A stretch of DNA of 64,000 nucleotides from Eledone cirrhosa (GCA_964016885.1 OZ024743.1:157790001-157854000), one strand, 5' to 3'; shown: positions 28,748 through 41,354, counted from the stretch's first letter. The notes: generated by a model from the sequence alone, not told the origin. Made by a program: numbers and translations.

Positions 28748-29304
28748 GGTGGCTGCCAACTCGTTTTCGAGTACGGCCACTACTTTATATCCATGTAGGA
28801 GAACCCCTTCCGATGCGCTGAACGAGTGTGACTTTTTAATACACCCAGCGACTTGAAAACTCTGGTACAAACACTACACTTGTGACAATTATTGTCACAT
28901 AGTGCTGGGCCCATGGTACCATGTGACGACAAGTGCAGAGAGATCTCCAGATATAAAGCAATGCTTGTGCCGTGAAGCTTTTATAGTGATCAAAGGCACT
29001 GCACAAAGCCAGTCCCACTCTCTTGACCAAGATGATATTTACCAAAAAGAAGAACAAGTCAACATCATGGATACCATCAGGGTTGCAGGTGTTATATCAG
29101 AGTTTTCTTCTCCTAGAATTCTGCCTTGACAAAGGCTAAGCGGTCATCTCTCCCGGTGATTTTGGATGGCCATTGACTCTTAAGAGGTAATTTGCCTTTT
29201 GACAGGTTTCGTTTTTCGTCCTGCAGGATGTCCAAAGTCACCCTCCTCACCAAAAAACATCGGTGGGGTTGCCAGTTTAGTCGGCAACGACCCGACCATG
29301 AGAC
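28748..29304 (-). mobile_element. 5' fragment of a zinc-finger-bearing element (R2/NeSL-like LINE suspected)
   Basis: Minus strand encodes CSVCTRVFKSLGVLKSHTRSAH (C2H2, ~28813-28880); GC-richer leader with hairpins; flanked by (AT)n. Confidence 0.45.
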
Positions 29305-29319
29305 ATATATATATATATC

Positions 29320-30045
29320 CTTACACACTTAAATATAAATGCATGTATATATACATACGTAAATGTATGTATGTATATATGTAAGTAGATTTATATATAT
29401 ATATATGTGTGTAAGTGTGTATGTATACGCACATACATATATATATACAGACGAACAGTAGTATGTATATATATATACATACATGCACACATATATATAT
29501 ATACATACATGCACACATATATATATATATATATGTACGTATGGGTTTACCGAACATTTATTATAATGTTCGGTTTGTTTGTAAACAAACAGCCCGAATT
29601 ACGCCGTACAGTTTTCAGGCAACCATCGTCGCCTTTTTGTTAAACACTGACACAGGAACGATGTACTAGTTTCAAGCTTATTAGCTATCGTCAACATCGT
29701 ATACCTTCCTGTCAGATGATTGAACCTCTGAAAGTATATACTTTCCTTATACATATTAACGAGTGAGCAGCCTAATTTGCATATCGAGTGAGTTAGTGGG
29801 CCCGGCACACCGAAAACGATAAATGGAAAAGAATGAAACGAAATTTCATTTCTCACTCTTAGTACGGCTGATACTTAAGTGTAAGTATGTATGTATACGC
29901 ACATACATATATGTATACAGACGTACAGTATGTATATATATACCCGAATTACGCCGTACAGTGTTCAGGCAACCATCGTCGGCTGATACTTAAGTGTAAG
30001 TATGTATGTATACGCACATACATATATGCATACAGACGTACAGTA

Positions 30046-30050
<5 letters not shown>
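29320..30050. repeat. Partial tandem (~470-bp unit plus 115-bp duplication) of the family at 4327-5020
   Basis: gtaagt.tgtatgtatacgcacatacata recurs at 29411, 29881 and 29996. Confidence 0.75.
29658..29700 (-). ncRNA. Hammerhead with C3U change
   Basis: Minus: acgatg-TTGACGA-t agct aata agct t-GAAA-ctag-TA-catcgt; stem I differs from 4541-4583 yet stays paired. Confidence 0.75.
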
Positions 30051-30106
<56 letters not shown>

Positions 30107-30109
<3 letters not shown>

Positions 30110-33100
30110 ACGGTAACAATACGAATAACAACAACAACCACAGTGGTAATAATAGAAATAATATATGTAGCAACATTAATGATAGACACAACAAAAACAA
30201 GAAACATAATCAAAGAAACAACCACAATGGTAGAAATAACAGTAACAACAACAATAACGGTGGAGAAAACAACAACAATACATCTAACAATCACAGCAAC
30301 AATACATCTAGCAATCATAACAACAATACATTTAACAATAATAGCAACACACACAACTATGACGATAGATATAATGACAACCCCTTAGAGAAACTATTCT
30401 TCAACCCAGCTGACAAAACATATAAGATGGGTAATATCTATCCTACGAGGTTACCCTTTAATAAAAGAGTTTGCATACCACAACAAATAGATGACGAGAC
30501 AGAGGCACAGTTCACCATAGCTAGAAATAAGATTAGACAAATAGTAGACCGGTTTACTAAGAGACAGAGCAGACCAGAGGTCCAACAACTTGGGAAGAAA
30601 CCTGTAGAAGGCTTGGTTAGCCTCAAGCAGTGCACGAGGGATGGTGAGGTAGTATGTCTACCCACGTATAAGTCTGGTAGGATGTCAATAGACAGCATGC
30701 CGAACTACATCAAGGCTTCACCAACACGAGCGAAATTGCACAGCAAATACATGATAGGAGAGAGAAAATCCTCAACGCTCACATGATGATGTGGACCGAT
30801 ATCCTAAAGCCAAGCAGACGCACTGCCAAGAACTTCCAGGCGTCCAACAATGGCATACCACCCTTGTATGGGCTCCGCAAAGACCACAAGACAGTGACGA
30901 CCCGACAACAGTGCCAACAACAAGACCTGTATGCGGAGCAAATATAAATCTCCTACTTTCTCTCAATGGTTATACGCCCCATAATGAAGATGTCCCTAGA
31001 TGTATGTGACAGTACAGAGGACCTCCTCAGCAGAATCAGTGAGTGCAACAAAAACAGGAACCTATCCAACTGAATAATAGGCAGTATGGATGTGGTATCA
31101 CTGTACCCATCCATTAACAATGATTTTGCTGTGGAAAAATGTGTGGAGATGATCATTTAGAGTGAGGTGGAGTTCTGCGACGTCAACACAGACGAGCTGG
31201 GCCTCCTAATTAGACTTGCCTACGACACTGACTACCTAGACAGCCATGACCTTAGACGTTTCTGCCCCAGTAGACCCATAAGAGGTAGACCCCCCACCAT
31301 AACCTCAATGGCAAAAAAGACTCCCATGGGAAGGTGGATTGGGTGGACCAAAGCTATACTGACCTCCCAAAACAATGATCAGGTAAGAAAAATGGTCGCA
31401 CATGCAATAGGGGCTAGTATCAAAACTACCCTAAAGGGCCACATATTCAAGTTCAACGAGAAGATCTACACCCAAAATGAGGGGGCAGCCATTGGCGTCA
31501 GCATAGCTAGTGACGTTGCCAAACTTTTTATGGTATGGTGGGAAAGGAGACTCAATGGATCTCCTTGATGAGAGCTCCATAGACCTCATCATGTACTCTC
31601 GTTACGTAGACGACACCAATATAGTAATAAGGACATCCCCACAAGAGAGCACTAACAAGTTTGATTTAGAACGTAATACAATGGAAAGCATCCAGCAGAT
31701 AGCTAGTTCCATACTCCAGAGTATAACTGTAACTATCGTCTACCCTTCCAAACACCCTAACAATAGACTACCTGTATTAGACACGGAACTCTGGATTAAC
31801 ACTATAGACGAGAGAGCCCAAATTCTCCACTCACACTATGCTAAACCCATGGCCTCCAAATACCTGATACTCAAAAACTCAGCAATGTCCAGTGGTGCTA
31901 AGTTTAATATTCTGATCGCTGACTTGGTACGAGTGATGAAGAACTTGTCCCGCATGTGCGACGCAACAGAAATGGAAAGACACATCCAACACTTCATCAA
32001 CCGCATGCAGTTCTCTGGCTACAACCAAAGAGACAGAATCAGAGTATACGAAGGAGTCACGGAGATGTATAAGACCCTCATAGAACTGGACATGAAAGGA
32101 ATTTGCCCATTATACAGGAGCAAATCATGGAATAGCTTAGATAGAACTAGACATAAGATAGGGAAAGCCACATCATGGTACGACAACCAGAGATACCAGA
32201 GTGTCATGTTTGTGGACGCTACCCCTGGAGGGAAATTAGCTAACCAGTGTAGAAAGGCCCTGGGAAAGACCAACTTAAAGATTGAGGTGGTAGAAAAGCC
32301 AGGAACTACCATAAAATCCCTGATCAGCAAAACCTACCCTTTTAAGAAAACCCACTGTACTAATAGGAAATGTATCATATGTAGAGTAAAAACCCGGATA
32401 AACTGTAAAACTAGAAATGTAGTCTATAACATAAGATGTACAGAGGGTACTTGCAGAAACATGACAACAACATACATAGGCGAGACAGCTCGTAGCATAG
32501 GTGAAAGGATAGACCAACACTGGGGGGAACTAAAAGGACGAAAAAACGGTTCAGTACTATACGAACATGCCAGACAACAACACAACGGTAACATAGACAA
32601 CATAGAAGTTAGAATAATATCTAAACATAGAAATGACCCAGCAGATAGGCAAATCAGAGAGGCCTGCGAAATAGAACTTAGAAGGCCAAGGCTAAACAAA
32701 AAAAATGAATGGAATAACAACAACACCCAAACAAACAACACTGACCTAAGAGAAGTATAAATAAATAAATAAATAAATAAATACACAAGCACAATAACAA
32801 CAAACACATATAAATACACACAAGTAAACTAAGATAGAATACATTAACCAATACACAGTCACCCAAACAAGAACACACATGAAACAAAACACTATACACA
32901 CACGCAAACGCAAGCGCAGAGAAGACAAAAAAAGAAACAAATAAATAAACAGACTAAACAAAGATGGCGTAAGCATACAATGTAACGGGAGGTAACATAA
33001 TAGCACCACTGACGATTTTGCAGATGTGCAACGAAAGAGCTTTGATAGACTATATATATGTGTTTGTGTCTATATTGTATCTGTATTTTTGACCGTTGGT

Positions 33101-33248
33101 CAATCAATGGCAACATTGAGGACCGAATAAATTAAATTAACCGATATAAAAGACACAGAAGCGAAAACCAACCAAACAGTGAGTGTGTTCTGTTATTAAT
33201 TATGGCAATATTATTACACAAATATCACCCTCCCCAAGTATAACAATA

Positions 33249-33249
<1 letters not shown>
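30107..33249 (+). mobile_element. Penelope-like retroelement (Neptune-type RT + Cys linker + GIY-YIG), decayed
   Basis: GSMDVVSLYPSI, QNEGAAIG, YSRYVDD, LPVLD, linker C-x4-C-x2-C-x7-C, NVVY..YIGETARSIGERIDQH; both ends abut (AT)n; hammerhead relic at 33004-33048 (CTGACGA..ttgca/tgcaa..GAAA). Confidence 0.92.
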
Positions 33250-33283
<34 letters not shown>

Positions 33284-33287
<4 letters not shown>

Positions 33288-33960
33288 CAACTAGAAATAG
33301 ATTGACATATATATATATATAAAATAAACATATGGAACAATCACAGGGAATAATTTGTAAGTATGTAAGCATACATAGCTAGGTAGGTAACCAATTAAAG
33401 TTTAACTAGAACTTCAAATATAGATACCTTTTAAAATGATTAATCTCCTTTGTATATATTTCTTTAAATAAAAAATATAGCGCATGTCTCTCAGACATGA
33501 AAACCCTTAATTTATTTTTTTTTATATATATACGGCCCCTTAATTGTAGAGCTAACACAGTTGAATGGACTCGGCTACTATTTCTAGCTGTTGATAATCC
33601 TATTCACGCCACTGGGATGACGCTGTGTGATGTGTGCATTTTTTTTAAAATGCAACACGTGGTTTGAGTCATTCACAGATTTGCATTTCCTTTGTAAACG
33701 CAGATAGTTGGATCTTCTCCTTTGGTGACCATCCAAGATTTGACTACTGTGATTTACTGATTAATTGGTGAAATATATTTTTTATTTAAAGAAATATATA
33801 CAAAGGAGATTATTCATTTTAAAAGGTATTTGAAGTTCTAGTTAAACTTTAATTGGTTACCTACCTAGCTACGTGTGCTTACATACTTTACAAATTATTC
33901 CCTGTGTTGTTTCATATGTTTATTTTATATATATATGTCAATCTATTTCTAGTTGATATA
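33284..33960. repeat. ~195-bp inverted repeat (33284-33478 vs 33775-33960) around a copy of the 6270-6695 family
   Basis: Near-identical reverse complements; short direct repeat gcgcatgtctctcaga at 33480 and 34014. Confidence 0.8.
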
Positions 33961-34095
33961 AAATGCTCGGATCTATTCATTGGAATCTTTAAGCTTATTC
34001 TGCAGTGGATATGGCGCATGTCTCTCAGATATAAAAACCCTTAATTTAATTTTTTGGATATATGTATATACAGATATATATATGTGTGTATGTAG

Positions 34096-34187
<92 letters not shown>

Positions 34188-34235
34188 GACGTAAAATAAG
34201 AAAATTATAAAAATTAACTTACTTACTAAAATTTC

Positions 34236-34317
34236 ACTCCAACTAATTAGTTTCTGAAAGGGAATAAACATGGTTTCCGAATGGAACGCATGGAGAAACC
34301 TTTCGTCATCAGGAAGT
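34236..34317 (-). ncRNA. Type-I hammerhead ribozyme, tandem unit 1
   Basis: Minus: acttc-CTGATGA-cgaaagg..catg c gttcc attc ggaaac catg..cctttca-GAAA-ctaattag-TT-ggagt; stem III palindrome actaattagt; GUU site. Confidence 0.8.
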
Positions 34318-34764
34318 CTGTTCTTAGCTAAGTTCCCAGGCGATGCGTGGACACAGGGAACTTATACAAAAATAATTCAGTGGATGGAAAAAAGCAAGCG
34401 TGGACTAAATTCCAAGACATTGAAAAAGTCACTGCCTACTTGGTCGGTGGCAAATTCAAAAGAATCCATCACGTGACATCGAGGTTAATCAGTGAGGAGT
34501 GGGGTGTTAAAAAGACAGTAGCCGAACCATTACTATGAACTATAGTAGCAGTTTTGGCAAATTTTTGCTCAACAAAATAATTTGGAGATAATTATAAAGA
34601 ATTAGTATATCTACCAACATATATATACAGATGCATACCTATGCTAGCAAATATATAGGTTTTGTCTTAGTAACTTTGTCGTTCAATGCAAGGGGATGCA
34701 GAACAATTATATGAAAGACGTAAAATAAGAAAATTATAAAAATTAACTTACTTACTAAAATTTC

Positions 34765-34846
34765 ACTCCAACTAATTAGTTTCTGAAAGGGAATAAACAT
34801 GGTTTCCGAATGGAACGCATGGAGAAACCTTTCGTCATCAGGAAGT
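34765..34846 (-). ncRNA. Type-I hammerhead ribozyme, tandem unit 2
   Basis: Identical to 34236-34317, 529 bp away. Confidence 0.8.
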
Positions 34847-35451
34847 CTGTTCTCAGCTAAGTTCCCAGGCGATGCGTGGACACAGGGAACTTATACAAAA
34901 ATAATTCAGTGGATGGAAAAAAGCAAGCGTGGACTAAATTCCAAGACATTGAAAAAATCACTGCCTACTTGGTCGGTGGCAAATTCAAAAGAATCCATCA
35001 CGTGACATCGAGGTTAATCAGTGAGGAGTGGGGTGTTAAAAAGACAGTAGGCGAACCATTACTATGAACTATAGTAGCAGTTTTGGCAAATTTTTGCTCA
35101 ACAAAATAATTTGGAGATAATTATAAAGAATTAGTATATCTACCAACATATATATACAGATGCATACCTATGCTAGCAAATATATAGGTTTTGTCTTAGT
35201 AACTTTATGGTTCAATGCAAGGGGATGCAGAACAATTATATGAAAGACGTAAAATAAGAAAATTATAAAAATTAACTTAAATTAACTAAATTTTAGTAAG
35301 TAAGTTAATTTTTATAATTTTCTTATTTTACGTCTTTCATATAATTGTTCTACATCCCCTTGCATTGAACCACAAAGTTACTAAGACAAAACTTATATAT
35401 TTGCTAGCATAGGTATGCATATGTATATATAATTTGGTAGATATACTAATT

Positions 35452-35493
<42 letters not shown>

Positions 35494-35879
35494 TTACATA
35501 CATACATATATACATACATACATTTACGTATGTATATAGCTATGCATTTATACATTTGTATATATATATACATGCATTTATATTTAAGTGTGTAAGGATG
35601 TTGACATGATTTATGTTTCTTTTTTTTGGTAAGGAGAACATTTTTTTGTCTCCAGATGTTATTACCTAGGGAGATTAAATACCACAGCTCTGGCTGAAAG
35701 CTGACCAGGTTGTCAACCTCATCAAACACTAATGCCGGCCTGTGTGTGTATATATATATATGTGTGTGTGTGTATGTATGTATGTATGTATGTATGTATG
35801 TATGTATGTATGTATGTATGTGTGTGTGTGTGTATGTATGTATGTATGCATGTGTATGTATGTTCGTATGTATGTATAA

Positions 35880-36380
35880 ATCCACACCTTTCACCACCAT
35901 TGTTTCTTTTTGTTGTCATTTCTGTTGAAATTGTTCTTGTAACTGTTGTAAAAGTTGACGTCCTTATGTTCATTTACTTTGATTTCTTTTGTTTTCCTTT
36001 TATCTCCCTAAGGAATTCGTTGACAAGCTTCTTTTATTTATTTTCTTCGTTTTCTTCATTCAAATGCATTCACACTGGCGTTCTAAGAGGCGTACAAATA
36101 TTACTCATAAAACTTACCAAACTAAAGTGGCTTCCAGCGCCCCTCTATCGCCCCCAAAGCTTCAAATGCCCCCTAACGCCCCTTACTCCAAAACGCCCCC
36201 CCCCCCCGGCGGGGGGGGGTTCATATTCCGCCTTTGGTTTAGACTATGATAGCAACACCATATTCTTTGTTTCGTATATATCTTATGCGTTCGGTAAAGA
36301 ACGAAAAGCAAGTTGAATATAGGCTTCCAGACCATAACTCGGACAAAACAAAATAACACAAGACATTTTTGACCACAGTA
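35880..36380 (-). mobile_element. Probable 5' UTR/ORF1 start of a Tx1-like LINE
   Basis: T-rich leader followed by A/C-rich Asn/Thr-coding sequence, as in the other Tx1 5' ends. Confidence 0.35.
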
Positions 36381-36556
36381 CATATATTATACATAATGTT
36401 ATACATAAGCAAATATTTTATTATTTTACTGGCTTTAGTTTTTTAGACTGTAGCCATATATTTATCAGCCGAAGAGGCTTTCCTATCGTTTGATTTTCAC
36501 TAAGCTGTAGATTATTTTGTAATAGGCCAGATACAATGTCAATTAATTATTATTAT

Positions 36557-36720
36557 TATGCCGCTTTGACGCATAGAGTTACGGCCCTTGCCATTCTGAG
36601 TTCAAATCCCGCGGAGGTTAACTTTACCTTTCATCCTTACGGGGTCGATAAAATAAAGTACCAGTAATACACTGGGTAATTGCTGGCCTTGTGCCAAAAG
36701 TAAAAACAATTATTACTATT
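36557..36720 (+). mobile_element. SINE family A, 5'-truncated
   Basis: B box gagttcaaatcc, core and (tta)n tail. Confidence 0.85.
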
Positions 36721-36999
36721 CTCCTCCTGAGAACAAAAATACTGCAACCTTAACTATATTGTATTTCTCCTGTGTTTTGATTTCTCCATTTTACTCCACC
36801 TCCACTCTTGTTTGTTTATCTATATCTTTCTACCTTTGCTTTATTAATGTGCTTTTTCCACGTATTCTACTTATATATATCCATGTATTATTTTTACTCC
36901 TCTTATTAGGACTTCTACTCGCTTGTACCCGTACCCATTAGCACACGACACTAGAATGTCTCCCCCTGAGAACAAAAATAAATATTACCCGGACTCTCC

Positions 37000-38353
37000 T
37001 GTAGAAATTAATAGTACTCGTTCGGCATAAAGACGGCATAACGTTAGCACACCCGAAGCCAGGAATACATTCCTCGAGTGCTTGGAATAATTGATTTCCA
37101 TATCTTTCGCTAGGCGACCTCACTCGGAATGGCTGACATATGATTTGGGTGGGCTGGCGGGGGTATACAGTCGCCACATGCTGTCGGACTGCTAAACAAG
37201 GACATATCCTTTACTCTAAAACCCACTAGGATAATTTATAGAGAATTTCTATAATACAATTAAAGTTTCTTCATAAAAGACTCTCTCTTTAACTAAAAAT
37301 ACTCTCTCTTTAACTAACTCTCGCAACCCAAAACCCATAAAAAAGTTCTAAACTGTTTAATTTTCCATTTTCTTACTGTTTAATTCTCAATTCTCTAACT
37401 CTTTAATTTTATAATGTTAATCTTTAATTTTTTAACTTCATCCTATAAATCTAAACAATAATTTAACGTTCCAATTTTCTGTCGGACTGGTGGGTTGGTT
37501 TTCCTGGCTGCGGGACCGGCCTCCTGGCGCATAGGCCTACCTTGAGTGCTTGGAAAAGTAAATTTCCCCTTCTTTCGGTAAATGAAACTACTCGGAGCGA
37601 CTTGATTCGCCCCAGGGGCCCGGCGCGCAGCCGGTTTTTTGATCGCCATATAGTACCTTTAAATTGGAGACCTAATCATAACTATTAGATGTATCACGCC
37701 TCCTATACTTAAACAAATCCCCCTCCTAGGTAGATTAATAGTACTGGTTTGGTAAAAGGAGAGTCTAACGATGAGGGCTGACTTCCCACTGGCGCACCTG
37801 AAGCCTGTCATACATTCATAGAGTGCTTGGAAAAATTGATTTCCGTATCTTTCGCTAGGCGATATCACTCGGAAGAGCTGACACGCGGTAAGGTTGGGCT
37901 AACGGAGCCTGCAGTCGCCGCATGCTGTTTGACTGCTAAACAAAGACATTATCTTTACTCTGGTGGTGGATTGGGTGGTGGATTGGCAGTATCGGTAGAG
38001 GGTCGGGCGCCATGCTTTCCAGCATAGTTACGTCCCTTTACGATCTGAGTTCAAATCCCGCCGAGGTTGACTTTGCCTTTCATCCTTACGGGGTCGATAA
38101 AATAAAGTACCAGTAATGCACTGGGTAATTGCTGGCCTTGTGCCTAAAGTAGAAACAATTATCTTTACTCTATAATACAATTTAAGTTTCTTCATAAAAA
38201 ACTCTTTCTTTACTTAAACCTCGCAACCAAAACCTTATAAATGTTAAACTGTTTCATTTTCAATTTTCTAATTTCTTAAATTTTATAATGTTAATATTAA
38301 ATATTAAATATTGAATTTTTGTAACTTCATCCTATAGATCTAAACAAAATTTA
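37000..38353. repeat. Diverged tandem duplication (~730-bp unit) with repeated structured motif
   Basis: 37000-37218 resembles 37728-37961; 37250-37467 resembles 38172-38355; motif GAGTGCTTGGAA..TTTCC..TCTTTCG..ACTCGGA occurs three times. Confidence 0.75.
37962..38157 (+). mobile_element. SINE family A, full length
   Basis: TSD attatctttactct at 37948-37961 and 38158-38171. Confidence 0.9.
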
Positions 38354-40004
38354 ACATTATCAGGGTTAAGCTGTCTTCTAATTGTTCTTTAAGTTTAACA
38401 TATGCCCAAGAGGAAGGAGCAGCCATTGGTGTTAGCATTGCAGGCGACATAGCTAACTTATTCATGGTATGGTGGGACAGTAGACTTAAACTTAAACTTA
38501 AAGAACAATTAGAAGACAGCTTAACCCTGATAATGTACTCCCGCTACGTAGATGATATAAACATCGTAGTTAAGACACCCCCACTAGAGAACAGTCAGGA
38601 ACTAGAGAAAAACACAATGGAAAGCATCCAGCAAATAGCAAACTCCATCCACCAGAGCATTAGAGTTACTATAGACTACCCAAGTAGACACCCCAACCAT
38701 CGATTACCTGTACTAGACACAGAGCTCTGGTTAGATACCATTAACAACCAAAAACAAATCCTCCATTCCCATTATGCCAAACCGATGACTTCCAAACATC
38801 TGATCCACCGAAACTCGGCCATTTCGGACCATACCAAAATCAACATACTGATTGCGGATTTGGTACGGGTGATGAGAAATGTGTCCCGCATGTGCAACCC
38901 CGAAGAACTAGAGAGACACATACAACACTTCATCCACCGTATGCAGTTCTCTGGCTACAATCAGAGAGATAGAATCAGAGTGTATAGAGGAGCCAGAACC
39001 AAATGGGAAAAAATGGTAAATAATGACATAAATGGGATCTGCCCCTTGTATAGGAGCAAATTTTGGAATAGAATAGAAAGAACTAGGAACAAGGCCAATA
39101 GAATAAACTCATGGTATGATAGCAATAAATACAACCCCTAGAGGCGAACTAGCCTACAAATTTAGAAGGGCCCTAAATAAACATAAACTCAATATTAAGA
39201 TAGTAGAAAGACCAGGTACCTCCGTAAAAACACTTATTAGCAAGACATACCCGTTCCAAAGACCCTCATGTATAGATAAGAAATGTATAACCTGTAAAAT
39301 AAGCCCCCATATTAACTGTAAAACTAGAAATGTAGTGTATAGCATAAGATGTACTGAAGGACAATGTAGAAACAAAAATATAGTGTACATAGGTGAGACA
39401 GCTCGTAGTATAGGGGAACGGATAAATGAACACTGGCGAGACCTTCAAGATAATAAAGAATCATCTGTACTCTACCAACATGCTAAGATAGAACACAAGG
39501 GTAAATTAGAGAACATAGAAATAAAAATAGAATCTACACACAGAAAAAAAGCAATGTTTAGACAAATTACAGAGGCAATAAACATAAAAGAATTACAACC
39601 AAAATTAAATAGAAAATATGAGTGGAACAGCAACATCACAACTTACAATTAAGGACAAAAAGAAAACACACACACACATAGAACAAACAACCAACCAATA
39701 ACATGTAAATAAATAAACAAATAGATACATGAACACAAACACACACACAGAAACAAAATGGCGTAGGACAGAAGAAAGGAAAGGCACAGAAACAAAGAAA
39801 GGAATCCCCAGTCACTGAAGAAGTCACAGAGTGTGTGACGAAAGGACTATGACTATATATAAACAACTATCTGGTTGTGGAACCAACCAACCAACCAGAA
39901 ATTTATAAATTTGTAGATTTATAAATTTATAAATATATAATAAATTGAAGTGAAAGCAACTGGTGCGTGTGTTTCTTATTGGCAACATGACCCTCCCAAA
40001 GTAT

Positions 40005-40010
<6 letters not shown>
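38354..40010 (+). mobile_element. 5'-truncated Penelope-like element (relative of 30107-33249)
   Basis: YSRYVDD, LPVLD, NVVY..YIGETARSIGERINEH; 45-bp 5' inverted duplication; 3' end ccctcccaaagtataacaat(AT)n. Confidence 0.92.
39810..39854 (+). ncRNA. Minimal type-I hammerhead in Penelope 3' pLTR
   Basis: agtca-CTGAAGA-a-gtcaca gagtg tgtgac-GAAA-ggac-TA-tgact; one extra nucleotide after A9. Confidence 0.8.
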
Positions 40011-40070
<60 letters not shown>

Positions 40071-40195
40071 CTGGAGTCATATGACTCCAGTTGCTCAGTG
40101 AATTAACAACCAAACAAGGAACTGGGCATATCAGAGTATTGACAATATTATACACCTAAACAACATATGTACTTGTCTATACCATACTAATTCAA

Positions 40196-40250
40196 ACTGC
40201 CTGAAGAGGTCACAGCCAAAGATGGCTGTCACTGAAATATATATAGCAGT
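40196..40250 (+). ncRNA. Minimal type-I hammerhead in a short (AT)n-flanked element (40069-40345)
   Basis: actgc-CTGAAGA-ggtcacagcca aaga tggctgtcact-GAAA-tatata-TA-gcagt. Confidence 0.85.
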
Positions 40251-40342
40251 AATAAACGAAGCTAAATTTTAATCATTTGACTTTTGAGTGCTCGAGCCTG
40301 CATACTGAGGTGTTGGTATACAACCAACATAAACTCAAAATC

Positions 40343-40374
<32 letters not shown>

Positions 40375-40419
40375 AAATTATAAAAAATAAACCAAAGAAG
40401 CCTTCAATACATCAAAATT

Positions 40420-40473
40420 CTTTATTAGCCAACAATGTGTCGTCCTATTAAGGACTCATCAGGGCAAGTAAAG
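40420..40473 (-). ncRNA. Hammerhead with GAAA>GACA mutation
   Basis: Inverted twin of 46391-46444. Confidence 0.75.
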
Positions 40474-40761
40474 CTACAAGAAGCACTATCGGCTAATACA
40501 AGCCAAAAACTCAGAAGAATATGGAGTATACATCTATTAAAGCCTAGGAAGGATATCAAGGAAAAGTAGGCTAAGATTAAGAGCGAGCAGTTACAAACAT
40601 AGATATAGACCAAATAGCAAGGAAGTGATTAACATGTTGAACCCACATTGTAAATATTATATAATGCAAAAACTTGAAACACAAATGGCAATACAATGCG
40701 AGAATTACAGTACGATATCGAATATAATATAGTATAATAGATGGTGATAATAAAAAGCTTA

Positions 40762-40845
<84 letters not shown>

Positions 40846-40880
40846 ATTATTATGTAATAAACAACATAAGGCAATTATTC

Positions 40881-40934
40881 CATTTACCAGTGGTTTCTTA
40901 AAAGCAAAAGGTTTTGCTTTCAATCCTCAGAATG
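40881..40934 (-). ncRNA. Type-I hammerhead ribozyme (intact)
   Basis: Minus: catt-CTGAGGA-ttgaaagcaaa acct tttgcttttaa-GAAA-cc act gg-TA-aatg. Confidence 0.85.
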
Positions 40935-41217
40935 AAAAATCCTGGTTTGTTTATTGAATATGGATTCTAAAAACGAAAATGCAATCTATATGAAAGTGAG
41001 GCTGGAAAAGGGAGAAGGAAAGGAAAAATAAAATAAAACTACACATGCAAACACACACAAAAAAACACAAAAGCATACTTACACACACATACATATATAC
41101 ATATATATAAATGTACGCATACACATATACATATACACATATATATATATATATATAAAGCGCACACCTACACACACATACACATATATACACACATATA
41201 CACATACATAAATTCAT

Positions 41218-41259
<42 letters not shown>

Positions 41260-41280
41260 ACACACATATATATACATGTA

Positions 41281-41354
<74 letters not shown>

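Larger units (their letters stand above)
34181..35457 (-). repeat. 529-bp tandem (2 units + 40 bp) plus 170-bp inverted copy; non-coding, hammerhead-bearing
   Basis: Unit starts at 34181, 34710 and 35239; units differ by only a few bases; 35288-35457 inverted; (AT)n on both flanks. Confidence 0.95.

Noticed and set aside
33742-33782. ctgtga..actgat/attggt..gaaatatatt in the 6270/33530 family
   Set aside because: Core incomplete and no stem I in either copy
34270-35067. Duplicated 63-68 aa ORFs in the 529-bp tandem
   Set aside because: Short, no recognisable motif, antisense to the hammerhead; duplicated only because of the tandem
37060-37140. HDV-like ribozyme suggested by cat-tcctcga-gtg
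   Set aside because: L3-like loop not conserved in the second copy and no 7-bp P1
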